Shown one piece after another: positions 52,610 to 64,000 of a DNA stretch of 64,000 bases; within the stretch, counting starts at the first letter, position 1, and each line of letters starts with the position of its first letter. This stretch comes from Paramecium tetraurelia (lineage: Eukaryota). The notes under the pieces were generated by a model. It searched no databases. It had not been told where the DNA came from and was given only the letters and a program-made list of their open reading frames with translations. Position numbers and translations under genes: made by a program. Location of the stretch: NCBI GenBank assembly GCA_000165425.1, contig CT868015.1:124001-188000 (forward strand), written 5' to 3'.

Positions 52610-54184
52610 ATGAATTATATTGATTAAGGCACTGCTCTTTCAAGGAAGGTTCCCAATAGAAAGTTGTCTAAGAAGAATTCTTTGTTTTATTAGGTTTGAG
52701 TGTTATGATTAACAATAGCAATCGGTGTTTGAGAATGAGGAATTCATGCAGAAGTATGAGAAGAACGTCGACCAATTGTAAACAGTGATTGAGGAGCCTG
52801 AGTTGAAAGAGGTGATTCAAAATAGGAATGAGAAGTTTTTTTAGGTTTTGGAGCAAATAATCAAAGTGGAATCATCAATTAAGGAATTCGCCAAGGGGTA
52901 TTTTTGGATGTTAATGTAGGTATTAAAAATACGGATTCATTGTATCTGACACAGGAATAACCTATAGAGAATGGGCACCAAACGCGAAGGAATTGAAATT
53001 GAATGAATATGGTTGTACGACTGACAATGGTGGAAACTGGGAAGTGTTTATCCCAAAGGATGACGATGACAATCACCAAATCCAACATGGGAGCAAACTG
53101 ATCACCTATTGCAATGAACTCGAAAGAGCTTCAGTTTGGAGTAGTGTTAAAATGGGAGAGTAAGCGATATTTTGGAATCCAGACAACAGATACGAATTTC
53201 AAGCATAGCAGTTGCAACAGAAACAGTAGAGCAAAGGTCTGAAGGTGATAAAACAAAAGATAACAGAATTGCAGGGAGTTAATGGATATAATACCATTAT
53301 GATTACTCAATAATTACTAATGTAACTGGACGTAAATTTAATAACACCTGACGATTTGAAAAGAAACATAGAAGTTCTTCATCAGAAGGGATTTTCAGTC
53401 ATAATGGAGATTGATCATGAATAAATAGGAAAATACTTGAATAATTGGGATGGAACAGGATATCAATACTTGAGAGAGGAAATCGAACAATTGGACTATG
53501 GGAAATGGGAAGTCTTGAGATTGTTATTATCCAACATATCTTTTTGGATAACCGAATATCAAATAGACGGATTCAAATTCTCCAATATTGACGTATCAGA
53601 CGACATTGATGCCACTGTCTATTTGATGTTAGCCAATGATTTGATTCATGATTTGTTGCCAAACGGTATCAGTATAATCTAAGACTTGGACTATCCGGCA
53701 CTTTGCAGAACAATCAAAGAAGGGGGTCTCGGTTTTGATTTCAGACTCTCTAAATTGCAACACAAGTAATTCTAACCGAAGACACTGTTCGAAAACACAG
53801 GAGTGTACACTCAAGCTCAAATTTTAAATGCATTGGCTATTGGTTCTGTAAGAATTATATTAAATGTAGGGGTTGATTTAGGAGGTCTAGGATGACTAAT
53901 TTGTATAGATTGAACAACAGTGTGGTTGGTTGGAAAATGAGATTGGTGAAGTAAATGAAGTGGATTCAGTTTTGCAGATCAAAAGGGGAAAGTTTACATT
54001 TTTGATAAATCACACTAATGAAGTAAAATTAATTATTAATATATTTATTTTATAGAACAGAGAAACTGTGTTGAATTTGTAGATTACCAAGATCTTGAAC
54101 AAATAAGAGTAAAAATGGGAGTAATAGGATGAGAATACCATAAAACTAATTGTTGAGTCAGAATAGGGATTGATAATTGAATGA
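52610..54184 (+). CDS. 1,4-alpha-glucan branching enzyme-like protein (GH13), compacted, catalytic residues replaced
   Basis: FAKGYQKYGF, YREWAPNA, QHGSKL, TPDDLK, KWEVLRLLLSNISFWITEYQIDGFKFSNI, YLMLANDLIH, PALCRTIKEGGLGFDFRL. Confidence 0.85.
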
Positions 54185-54280
54185 TAACTGATAACTAATC
54201 TGAATTTACAGAATATATAACAAGTATATATTTTCATTATTATTAATAATGTAATTAAATTTTAATAAATTTAAGAATTA

Positions 54281-55923
54281 ATGAATTAATCAAATGAGGA
54301 AGTCACTACCATCAAATAATCATACATCACTAAATAACCATTCTAAAAAACCTGGGTTTTATGGTTGGCTCTAGCATTGGCCTGCATGTTATTGTTTGGA
54401 GATGCTTACGCCTTTGACAATCCAATGGCTTTGTAATCCACCATCCAAACTCAAATGGGACTCAACAATGTATAATTCAACATGTTATATTCCATCTATT
54501 CTGCTCCCAACATAATCCTTCCGTTTTTCGGAGGAATCCTAATAGATAAAATAGGAGTGAGAGTCAGTATATTTATATTTTCTACCATCTTAATCTTTGG
54601 ACAAGGCATTGTGGTCATAGGAGGATACACCCTTTCTTATGGGACACTGTTGGCAGGGAGATGCATATTCGGCATTGGATCTGAGAGTCTAAATGCTGCC
54701 CAAGCTGCCATTATGTCAAAGTGGTTTGAAGGTGGAATGGTCAGTTTGGCTCTGGGATTGTGTCTATCCATACCCAAATTAGGAAGTGCAATGAACTCTT
54801 TCGTAAGTCCCATCATATAAGCAAACCATAATGAACTAGGTTTTACATTTTTGGTTGGATTATTTATTGTATTATTTTCTTGGGGTTGCGGTTTATTTTT
54901 AATTTACTTGGATAAAAAAAATGAACATCTGATGGAAGAATATAAGAAAACAAATCCTCAAGTCTTATCACCTATTAAAGAGAAAAGTGTATCATCTGAT
55001 ACCTAATCACAAGAATTGAGTTTACAATTGAGGACGAATGGAAATCATAATCATAATCATAATCATAATTCCTCTGTTGAGAGCAGTGATTATTCTGAAT
55101 CCTTTCTTTAGGACGATGAAGAAGAGGATAATGAGGACGAAGATGAATAGAATCACAATGTTCATGATGCAAAGGAAGAAATCAAATTATCAGATTTAAA
55201 AAATCTAGATGGATCTTATTGGATTCTATCGTCCATCATTATGTTGAGTGAAGCATTATTTGTACCCTTTTTAGATAATGGTAACGCATTTTTTTAAGTC
55301 AAATTTGGATTTAGCCAACAATCAGCAGGTGTATTATTAACTATTCCCTATGTATTTGCTGCCCTTCTTACTCCAATCATTGGCATCTACTCAGATAAGA
55401 TTAGATAGAGATCGTTGCTCATAGTTCTCACAACGGTTATTTTCATAGTTACTCATTTATGCTTACTCCTAATTCACTGTGATGTACCTATTATTGCCAT
55501 TATTTTAGAGTGCTTGTGGAGTCTCTGCTTTGCCCTTGCTCTCTCTTGGATTATGCTACTCATTTTATTCAGCCATCCTTATTCCCTCCATTCCCTTAGT
55601 TGTCAAGCCTTAAATGATCGGTATTATTTTTAAGTCTATTTTAAGGAACTGCCTTTGGTCTGTTGGGAGTTATGTAAAATACTGCCTTGGCTCTCTTTCC
55701 ACTGATTACTGGGAGCATTTACAATGGACATGTGATCAATGAATATGGACAATTAGATCCATTTGAAGGGTATTATAGTATTGTTTATATTTTTAGCTAT
55801 GTTTACTAATCTTACTTCTTTGTCGGCGTCAGTTTTTTCAACTGCATCATTGCCATTAGCTTATACATTTTTGATAAGAACGGCAGCTAAAAATTGAGCA
55901 AACTCAGAAATAAGAAGTTATGA
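54281..55923 (+). CDS. Major facilitator superfamily transporter, MFSD1-like
   Basis: YAFDNPMALQ, LYSIYSAPNIILPFFGGILIDKIGVR, GRCIFGIGSESL, acidic central loop. Confidence 0.92.
55045..55068 (+). repeat. (TCATAA)4 microsatellite encoding SQSQSQSQ in the MFS central loop
   Basis: Four perfect hexamers, in frame. Confidence 0.85.
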
Positions 55924-55971
55924 TTATATATTTTATATTTAACTTATATTAGTAAAATATACATATAAATA

Positions 55972-57009
55972 TCACATGAAATATGGTTGGCCTTGAATAA
56001 ACTGCAAATCGACTGCTTTTCTACTTTTGTTGTACTTTCCAAAGTATTCAAGAATAAGAAATGAAAATCTAATTATATTTCCATGCTTAGCTGTTCTCAA
56101 GAAATCCTTCGTCATGCCTGCCTTAGTCAGATCATCACAATGAACAAACAAATCACTTCCATCCATGTCCATTATTATGAAGCCATAAGATCTTGCTTCG
56201 TCGTAAAACTTCAAAGTCCCAAAATATCTGATCTATACATGATTTTAATACATTTACATTAGACAATATGTTTGTGCCTTCTTGTAAGTTTAAATTGAGT
56301 GATTGCAAAAGATCATTCTAACTTGTTGGATTATTAATCAAAGAATTGCATTCCTTCAAGAGAAGATCACTCTCTTGATTGACCTCATCCAACAATTGCA
56401 TTTGTAGACTTGTACGTGATATGTTTGAGGGTGACAGAGGCACATTTTTTATATTCAATTTATTTGTTCGGTTATCCTTTTAATCTGAAAGATACTTTAA
56501 AGCATCGGAATAAGATCGTTTATGTCTTCTAATTGGTAACCCTATTATCTCAATGATAACATCCATCAAGATGTCCCTTACCAGCTTATGCTTTTCAGAT
56601 GTGCCCTTTTTACCTACCACATAAAAGTAATTCAAATATCGAGCCAAATATATGCGTTTCTTGTACCCAAAATTAATCACCTGGCATTTCAAATCTTCAA
56701 CTTCACAAATATCATAAATAATGATTTTTCTCTCCAATTATTAACTTATGGTGTTGAGATCGTCCCCTTGACAAATATCGCTCAAAGCCTTCCAATAAAA
56801 CCATGTGCCATACAGAGAATACGAAATTGCTTTCATTAGATCCTAACTTTTTGATTTAAGCACTATACCATAGCGGATGTGACTATTTCCTTATCGTCCT
56901 CAATTAATAGTTGTCTAAATGACTCTATCAATTTAGCACTTTAAAAATCAGAATTAAACTTATTTAGCGAAGGAGTTAATTGTAAATCATACAATTTACT
57001 AGGGAACAT
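55972..57009 (-). CDS. Cold-shock domain protein with N-terminal OTU-like region
   Basis: CSD: FGTLKFYDEARSYGFII...DLFVHCDDL; N-terminal LMKAISYSLYGT...ISQQLERKIIIY...IYLAR. Confidence 0.8.
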
Positions 57010-57065
57010 TAATTATTTATGAATTAAATATTTTAATTCTTTAAATAAAATAGTAATAAAATAAA

Positions 57066-58615
57066 TCAATTAACAAAATTGCTCTTTTTCTTGTTTTTCT
57101 GATTGTTATTATTGCTTTTACTCTTCACTATATGATGACAATTCTCATCATTATTGATTGAATACCCATTCACTAAAATTGGAGTCAATGTAGTAATATC
57201 AGGGACATTCTTCTTATTTTCGATAACAATCGATTGATTTCTGTTGTTATTATAATGATTTTACTATTTTCTCAAAATCCAGCAAAATCCAATAAATAAG
57301 ATAATACATATTAATATTACACAAATATCAGTAAGAAAATATAATTTTTTGATTTATTCCTCTAAATTCTTATTGATATTTTGTTATTGGCTGAGTTCAT
57401 ATAATAATTACTATTAGATGTAATCATGTTATTTTTAATTTTCCATCTCCTTCATCTTTTGATTACGAATTGATTACAATTACTCTTTCAACAATTGAAG
57501 ATTATGCGATAAAATAACAATGTTTTAAGCTGTCACTTTAAATAAGGATTAATTAGATTCAAAAGGAATCACATCTAAATATTGATTCTGATTCTCAATT
57601 TCGTCAGCACGAGACTATTGTATATCAAATATGTAATCGAAGTAGCTGCATGTAGAATTATTAGTACTTGAGTAATTGTTGATTATCTCACTACATGGCA
57701 TCTTAATTCGTTGCGGTTATTTAATTTCCTCCTTAATTGGTTCAATTTTAGGCAATTGTAATTTATATCTTTTGTGAGATTGTATTAGATCTCCTATAAC
57801 TGTTTATCCAAATACTCTAAATTTGATATCATAACCTAAATACCTTATTTAAGTTAGTGTGCAATGGTATTCGGCTTGATGAAAATCAATGATCTCAATT
57901 TTTAAGTATCTAAGAAAATGCGATTCAAATTCGAAGCTTTGCCAATCATTTATATCCTCTGATTCAAATGCTTACAGAAAATCCCAAGCTTAAGTAGGCT
58001 ATACGATGCTTCCGAAAACCTTGAGAAAAATCATTATTCTTAAATGATACCTTGAAATTCTTTATTGTTGAGGAGTAAAACTCTTTATTAATAAAGTAGA
58101 TTGTCTCTAGTTGTATCTCTTCCTTTAAACAAATGATAAAAAACAATTTCTCTTGATTGCATTCTGTGATCATGTAACTAAATTGAAATCAAAAATATAA
58201 GTACGTTTCTTGATTATCCACCAAAATATTATCTACTCCAACTAATTATTTGCTTTTTGTGAGAATGGTTGCACCACCAAAGTAATTGGCAAAGTTTATT
58301 TGAGATGGAATACTTTTTACTTAAATTCTAGAGTCTCCTATAACTCTATTATAAAGTAGAGCGGGTAAATTAGAAAGGGATGTCACAGTGTCCTCCAATG
58401 TATAATAAGCTGTCCTAAGATTAGAATCAATCATTTTCATAGCGGTAGAGAAGAAATAAATCATGGATTTATCTTCCATTAATAAACTCTGCCAATTTCT
58501 TATTTTTTTCTGCAACATCCTCTATTTATTCGATTTAAGTAAGCTTTTGGAAATCATCCATTTTGATAGAGACAATAACAACGATAATTATAAAGAAAGC
58601 GTAATAGTATTTCAT
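57066..58615 (-). CDS. Mid-SUN domain protein (SUCO/Slp1-like) with N-terminal hydrophobic segment, coiled-coil and C-terminal TM
   Basis: NFANYFGGATIL, NILVDNQETYMITEC, INKEFYSSTIKNF, RYLKIEIIDFHQAEYHCTLTQIRVFG. Confidence 0.88.
58445..58472 (-). other. Candidate non-canonical AT-AC intron (28 nt)
   Basis: Minus strand GGAAG|ATAAATCCATGATTTATTTCTTCTCTAC|CGCTATG; removal restores the frame between the N-terminal hydrophobic segment and the SUN domain. Confidence 0.55.
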
Positions 58616-58742
58616 TAATTAAAATAGTTAATTTTAGTGTTTCACATAATTAATTATTTGGAACCAAACTTATTAATAATTGTAAATAATAATAACAACT
58701 CTTTATTTTTTATGAAATCATAAATTTAATAATGAATTAAAT

Positions 58743-60488
58743 TCATTTAATGATATCTTTCCATTCTCATCTTCATCAAACAAATTAAATAGATCTTATA
58801 CATCAGATCTGCTCACTTTGTCTATCTTCCCAATAAAATACTCAAAATCCTTGAAATTGAGATATCCCTTCTAATCCGCATCTATTGAAGTAAACAACAC
58901 ATTCGTGGATACTGATTTTTTCATTAGAGTTTCACGTATTTTATTAAGAATGATTTTCAATTTCTAATAATTCTTGCTCTAAAGAACAAATTTTAATTCC
59001 TTTAGACTAATCTTGCCATCATTATCTTAATCATAGTTTTTGAATATTTCAAAAATGTTTTTCTAAGATAACTTTGGTGCAATTTTTTTAATTAGGAATT
59101 CGAACTCCTTTTGATCAAGAAACCCATTTTTGTCTTAATCTAACTGTTCAAATAGTTACTTCAATGAAATTTAATAAATCTTTATAATGGCCTGCAACTC
59201 ATGAGTGATTTAAACGGCAAGAGTATCAATAGGTGCAAAGTCATATTCACTAAATAAATATTCAAATTCTTATGCACTTATCAATCCATCCTTAGATTAA
59301 TCAAACTTTCCAAACAATTACTTACTAATCTCATCATTGTCTTAATTCATAATCTTTCTAAGCATATTCTAAAATTCCTCTTAATTGATGTGAGTCTTGC
59401 CACATTATTTCATTAAATCCTTAGCTTAGAAGTTATGTTGAGCACATATTAATTAAATATTGTATAAGTATTCTCTTTCTAAAACTGTAAAGTTCAATCT
59501 TTCCTAAGTAGCTTACCGTTTCAATTTTCCTTGAGCTTACAACATAGGATGCTTTAATAATTCTGTCCAACTCATGCGATTTTGTTCTTCAATTTTTAGA
59601 CATCTCTTAATGAAATCCTTTACATTTGCTGAGATTTCTATTTCATAGGGGAATTATAAAGGCTTGGTTTAAATTTCCATCAAATAAGTATCAAAACTGC
59701 GGCATAACCAAGGAGTTCGGCCAAAAAGGAGTTCGTATAAGACCAAACCCAAGGACCAAATGTCACATTTATTAGAATATTCTTTACCTTCTAAGAGTTA
59801 TGGAGACATATATAAAGGTGTTCCTGCTTGGGCTAAAGTAAGTTATTTTTAAAGTGATACCTCTTAACACTTATTTCGGTGGAATTTTAGCAGCCAGACC
59901 AAAGTCAGCAACTTTATAGGTATTTTACTTCAGAAGAATATTATCGGGCTTATTTTACATGAAAATATACTTTAATGTCTCGATGCATATAATTTTTATG
60001 TAGTAATTCTGATAATCCTTAGATAGTTTGGGAGATTATAGCAATGGCAGCTGATTCTTAGAATCTTTGGTTAGGTTGATGAGACAAAAGGTGACGAAGA
60101 TCACCTCCTTCACAATATTCGATAATCAAGAAGAGTTCATTATCATGTTAGTCGCATAATGCCTATAGAATGAATTTAAGTGTTACGTCTAAGATCCTTA
60201 CAACGTTGGGACTCTAGAGTTCCATCATGAGAGTAATTTCATTTTTGAGTGCTTGTTTATATGCTGGATTGTCGTAGAATTTGAGATTGAGGATCTTGAT
60301 AGCAACAAATTTATTCCCTTGGGTTCCTCGATACACACTAAAGGTCTTAGATAATATAACCTACCAAAAGATCCCTCGCCAAGGAGATCTTTTGTGTAAT
60401 TGAAGGAGTATTGGTCGAAGTAGCAATTAGATTTGGCATCAACCTGTTTTTGTGTTAGTCTGATGATTCTTTGAAGAGTCTTATCCAT
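58743..60488 (-). CDS. Ser/Thr kinase (ULK-like catalytic domain) fused to multiple EF-hands
   Basis: LGEGSFG, VAIK, EYCEGGDL, HRDIKPDN, DFG, GTPLYMSPQ; EF loops DQSKDGLISAQE, DQDKNGFLDQKE, DQDNDGKISLKE, DADQKGYLNFKD. Confidence 0.92.
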
Positions 60489-60559
60489 TATAAAAGTGGA
60501 GATGAATAATTTTGTTTGAATATTATTTTATATAATTTTATAAATATAACAAATTCAAA

Positions 60560-62134
60560 ATGAAATGTGATTTTTGTGAAGAGACTACACCCTTAATTGG
60601 TAATGATGCATATGCTATAAAGGTAGAAATCATGCGTCATTCTTTGTTCTTGAAATACTCGCAATCTTAGAATTACCATTACACAAAGGGCATTACGGAG
60701 ATCTTACACAATTACCGTACAGCAAACAACATACTTTACAAGGACGTGATCATGTATGACACACCCGAAGAATTGCTCTGTAAAATCTATAAAAGTGACA
60801 TGATGTATGAAAAATTGCAAATGTTGGGTGAGTACTACAAAGTACTGTTTCATAGTGATTCACTAGTTCCATAATGATATCCCTCGTTTATTCATGCTTC
60901 CAGCCATAATCCCGTTGAATTACTACCATGACAAGAAGAGGAGATTGGAGTACTTTCGCATTGCCAAGTTGATAGCTCAGGAGAACAAGAACAATCCAGA
61001 CAAGCCTCCAAAGGGAATAGTGGGAGATTCGCCAATGCCCTAATCCAGCCAATAGGTGACTGCTCAAGATCCAAGCTCCTCTGACGAAGTAAGACAGAAC
61101 ACCCTGAACTTAGTTGATGTCTAAATGTGAGAAGATCCTTGAAGGTATCAGCATCATCGAGCCCAAACCGCCATTCGTGAACTTCAAGTAATAGCTGCAG
61201 CAATATAAACTTATGCAATCTACCAATCCCAACTTCAAATACGAAAACTACAAACCTCCTCCTAAAGAATAATAGAATTTACAAAAGAAACCAGTTATAC
61301 AGCATCGCAAATCAAGTATAACAAGTATACTTAATATGCTCAAGACATCTATTCCTAAAGGGAGTTGCAAAAAAGAAAAATCAGTCCTTAAAATCTGATT
61401 AATTGCATATTGTAATCTATTTCAGTCTTCAATTTAGACTCCTCGTGAAGTTGACTTCAAATCTCCAAATAATCGTACCTTGTTACCCAAATCAATAAAG
61501 AATTGCTACTCTTCTCAAATCACCTAAGTGTGTTACACCCAGGGCTCCTTAATAAAGTCCACATCTTCCAAAAAAAGTGTAATAATTAGAATTAAAAGTC
61601 ATGTCTGATTTGCAGACACTTTTAGCCAAAAAATAAATTAGGGATTCGAAACAGTGTTGCACTGTGCATTTTGATAGTCTATCTCTTGCGTAGGATCCTA
61701 GGAGTCTTACATAGAGATATGAAATAACAAATCGTCTTAAGGGGTAATCATCTAGGAAGAAGTTGAACATCAAAGAAATGAATTAGTTTAGAAGAGTTAA
61801 AATTCAAGAGCCACTCTCTAATCGAGAACCAAACAGAAAAATCAACGTGAAATCAAAATCGAATGATAAACCATTATAAATTAATACGAGTGGAGATTAG
61901 AAACTTGTATATTATTAATAAACTCATTCTGCGAGATAAGTGACTAATTCATAATAATCAACGATGCTTAAATAGAGCAGCGGGTAATCATCTTCCTAGC
62001 AAATGCATCATCAAAAATCAGCAACGGCAAAGGCTATTGGGAAATCCATGAAGTAGACGAGCACTTTCGATTCTCAACTGTATAAGGTAGCACTTAATTT
62101 GGCAGTCAAATCAGTTAGGAGCAGGAAATAATGA
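60560..62134 (+). CDS. Uncharacterised ciliate protein, paralog of 1511..3514
   Basis: QSQNYHYTKGITEIL...LGEYYK|FHNDIPRLF...EYFRIAKLIAQENKNNPDKPPKGIVG; 3' exon structure partly inferred. Confidence 0.75.
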
Positions 62135-62199
62135 ATGAATGAATAAAAATTTTTATGTGTGTTACTTAGATTAATTTAAATCTTAGATATTTAATTAAA

Positions 62200-62545
62200 A
62201 TGGAATCACGATCATACAATTTCTCCACTGCCAAAAAGAGATCAACTCAAATGGAAAGCAAAGTCATTTTGTAATATACTCATCCTATTTCATCAAATAG
62301 TTTCCCAAGAGAAGATGAAAATGCCCCCAGAACAATTATTTTGAAGCAAGAATGCCCAGGAGAGTTGGCTGCATTTAAAGAAGTAAAAAGTACTCCAAAT
62401 ATGATTAGTGTGTTGTAAGAACTAAGGATGAATCAAAATGCATGCAATTCAAGGATGGTACTCCATGAAATTAATAATAGCATTATTGGAATGTGGTAAA
62501 CCTGCTTTTAGAAAGGCCAACACTACTCCAGATTACCAATTCTGA
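62200..62545 (+). CDS. Small hypothetical protein (frame at 3' end unresolved)
   Basis: ATG in AAAATG context, coding-like, one or two candidate tiny introns. Confidence 0.35.
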
Positions 62546-62642
62546 GCAGTATTAAAGTGCATAACATAAATATAATTTTAATCACAATATTTACAATACT
62601 CCCTTTTAATCTTAATTTTATTGATTTTATTTTGATTTATCA

Positions 62643-64000
62643 ATGTTACCCAATTCCTACGTCCAATCTATGTACATAAATCCACAGTAACAAGTAGCCC
62701 CCCTACCCTTCGGATATACTACCAACACCCCCAGTATCTCACCAATACTTATTATTAGCTAAACCTGTATATCAACCCTAACCACCAATTGAAACTGAAT
62801 ATTAAAGTAGTTATATGCTCTATTCCTTTAGTGAAAGTGCAACCTGAGCCTCATAGAGAGCAGATAATTGTCCAGCAACCAATGCCAAACAAATCTATTA
62901 CTGTAGTGAAACCAAAGAAGTACTCTTATGTAATCGTTAAATTTGAATTTGTAGTTGATAGATTGGTTACTTTACATATTGCCAATAGCTTTCTTTATAA
63001 TAATTCTCCTAATTATGGCATTACTTTTTGCTTCCAAAGTGAAACATCTCAACCCTGAAGGAGCACATAACACACTTGAAACTTTGAAAAATAATATGCA
63101 ACTGGCACCAATTGAAGATATCGTCGTAGCAACCCCATCTTCATCTGCTTCAACTCTCAATATGATATCATATTTTACACACGATGCAATAGAGTGTCCA
63201 GACGGCTATGGAAGAACTCATTTAGGTTAATGGGACGGAGTGTCATCTGGATGCATATGTGAGAATGGGGATATCAGTCATTCTCTCACTTGTTTCTACA
63301 AATCCAATTGTAAACGAGTGAAATCTCATGATCCTGAATTATTTACAACATGGTAATAAAAATAATATTGTACTAAATTATATGCTGAATGGAAAACATT
63401 GGAAGGTGCTGCTTGTTAAACTTCTTATAAGTAATGCGGAAATGTTTGTGTTCCAGAAAATAAAAACTGTCCACTCTCAGGATTACTAAAAGACAATTCA
63501 AGATAGAATGATAGAAATGCAATTAAAATCGGAACTGACAATTACATCAAACAATTCGAAAACTCTTCTCCCATTGTTAGCATTGAAGTTGTACCAGGAA
63601 TTGGAGAAGCTAATTCATCACCATGTTATAACCATAAATTGAATCCCAAATTCTAATCCGCCAAATACTATCCTTTGGCTAAGAGACCTGAAATCGGTTG
63701 TGACGACTACAAAGATTTACAACCCCATAGAATCACTTTGAATACATTTTCAGCCCATCAAACCTACTAATAAAATGGCTTAGCAGATGTACTATCTTAG
63801 TTGCCCTTCTATCAAAATTATGAAGACAACCAAGATACGTATGCATTAGAAGCCATCAAGAAAATTCAAATTAATACCAATGAGGTTTGCTAAAAATTGT
63901 CACCCAAAGACATTGATCAAATCTCCAAGAGCGGATAAAGAGTCTACAATTCAGAGAGAGCCATGTCCTTAATTATTATTATAGGAGTCGGAGTTGTTCT
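62643..64000 (+). CDS. Transmembrane protein with P/Q-rich N-terminus and Cys-rich extracellular domain (runs off window end)
   Basis: TM WLLYILPIAFFIIILLIMALLFA, then CPDGYGRTHLGQWDGVSSGCICENG...CGNVCVPENKNCP; three 25-nt introns. Confidence 0.8.

Noticed and set aside
55045..55068. Short tandem repeat as a CRISPR or telomere-like array
   Set aside because: It is a simple in-frame hexamer encoding SQ, with no spacers, and is not C4A2/C3A3 telomeric sequence.
58440..58485. Retained TA-bounded IES as the cause of the SUN-gene frameshift
   Set aside because: TA pairs that restore the frame give 34-43 nt segments without TAYAG-like ends, a poorly populated IES size class. The 24- and 26-nt pairs do not restore the frame. 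Less likely than the AT-AC intron but not excluded.

Overview
This is AT-rich, gene-dense eukaryotic DNA from a ciliate macronuclear chromosome, most likely Paramecium. Conserved proteins (RPL36a, RPL31, NSA2, PP2A-A, cathepsin C) read through only if TAA/TAG encode Gln and TGA is the sole stop. Genes carry tiny (about 20-30 nt) GT..AG introns. The supplied standard-code ORF track is therefore mostly fragments or antisense artefacts. By hand I rebuilt about 40 genes, including three ribosomal proteins, a tandem trio of CNBD-type K+ channels, two kinases, two CTD phosphatases, GAS8/DRC4, a cyclin, MFSD1, SPFH, PX, SUN and cold-shock proteins. No rRNA, tRNA, transposon, telomere or CRISPR was recognised. 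Most interesting: (1) a candidate 28-nt AT-AC intron needed to join the N-terminal hydrophobic segment to the SUN domain; (2) an intronless, bacterial-looking CutC with ACG in place of ATG, 27 bp from a divergent gene; (3) a Mim1-like microprotein whose stop overlaps the METTL18 start (ATGA); (4) K+ channels with a charge-poor S4, a degenerate CNBD and a conserved CCHC zinc knuckle; (5) apparent pseudoenzymes (branching enzyme, pterin dehydratase, OTU-like fused to a cold-shock domain); (6) a frameshifted RPL13a; (7) an EFCAB9-like protein. All gene models are manual, and family calls come from motif recognition, not database searches.
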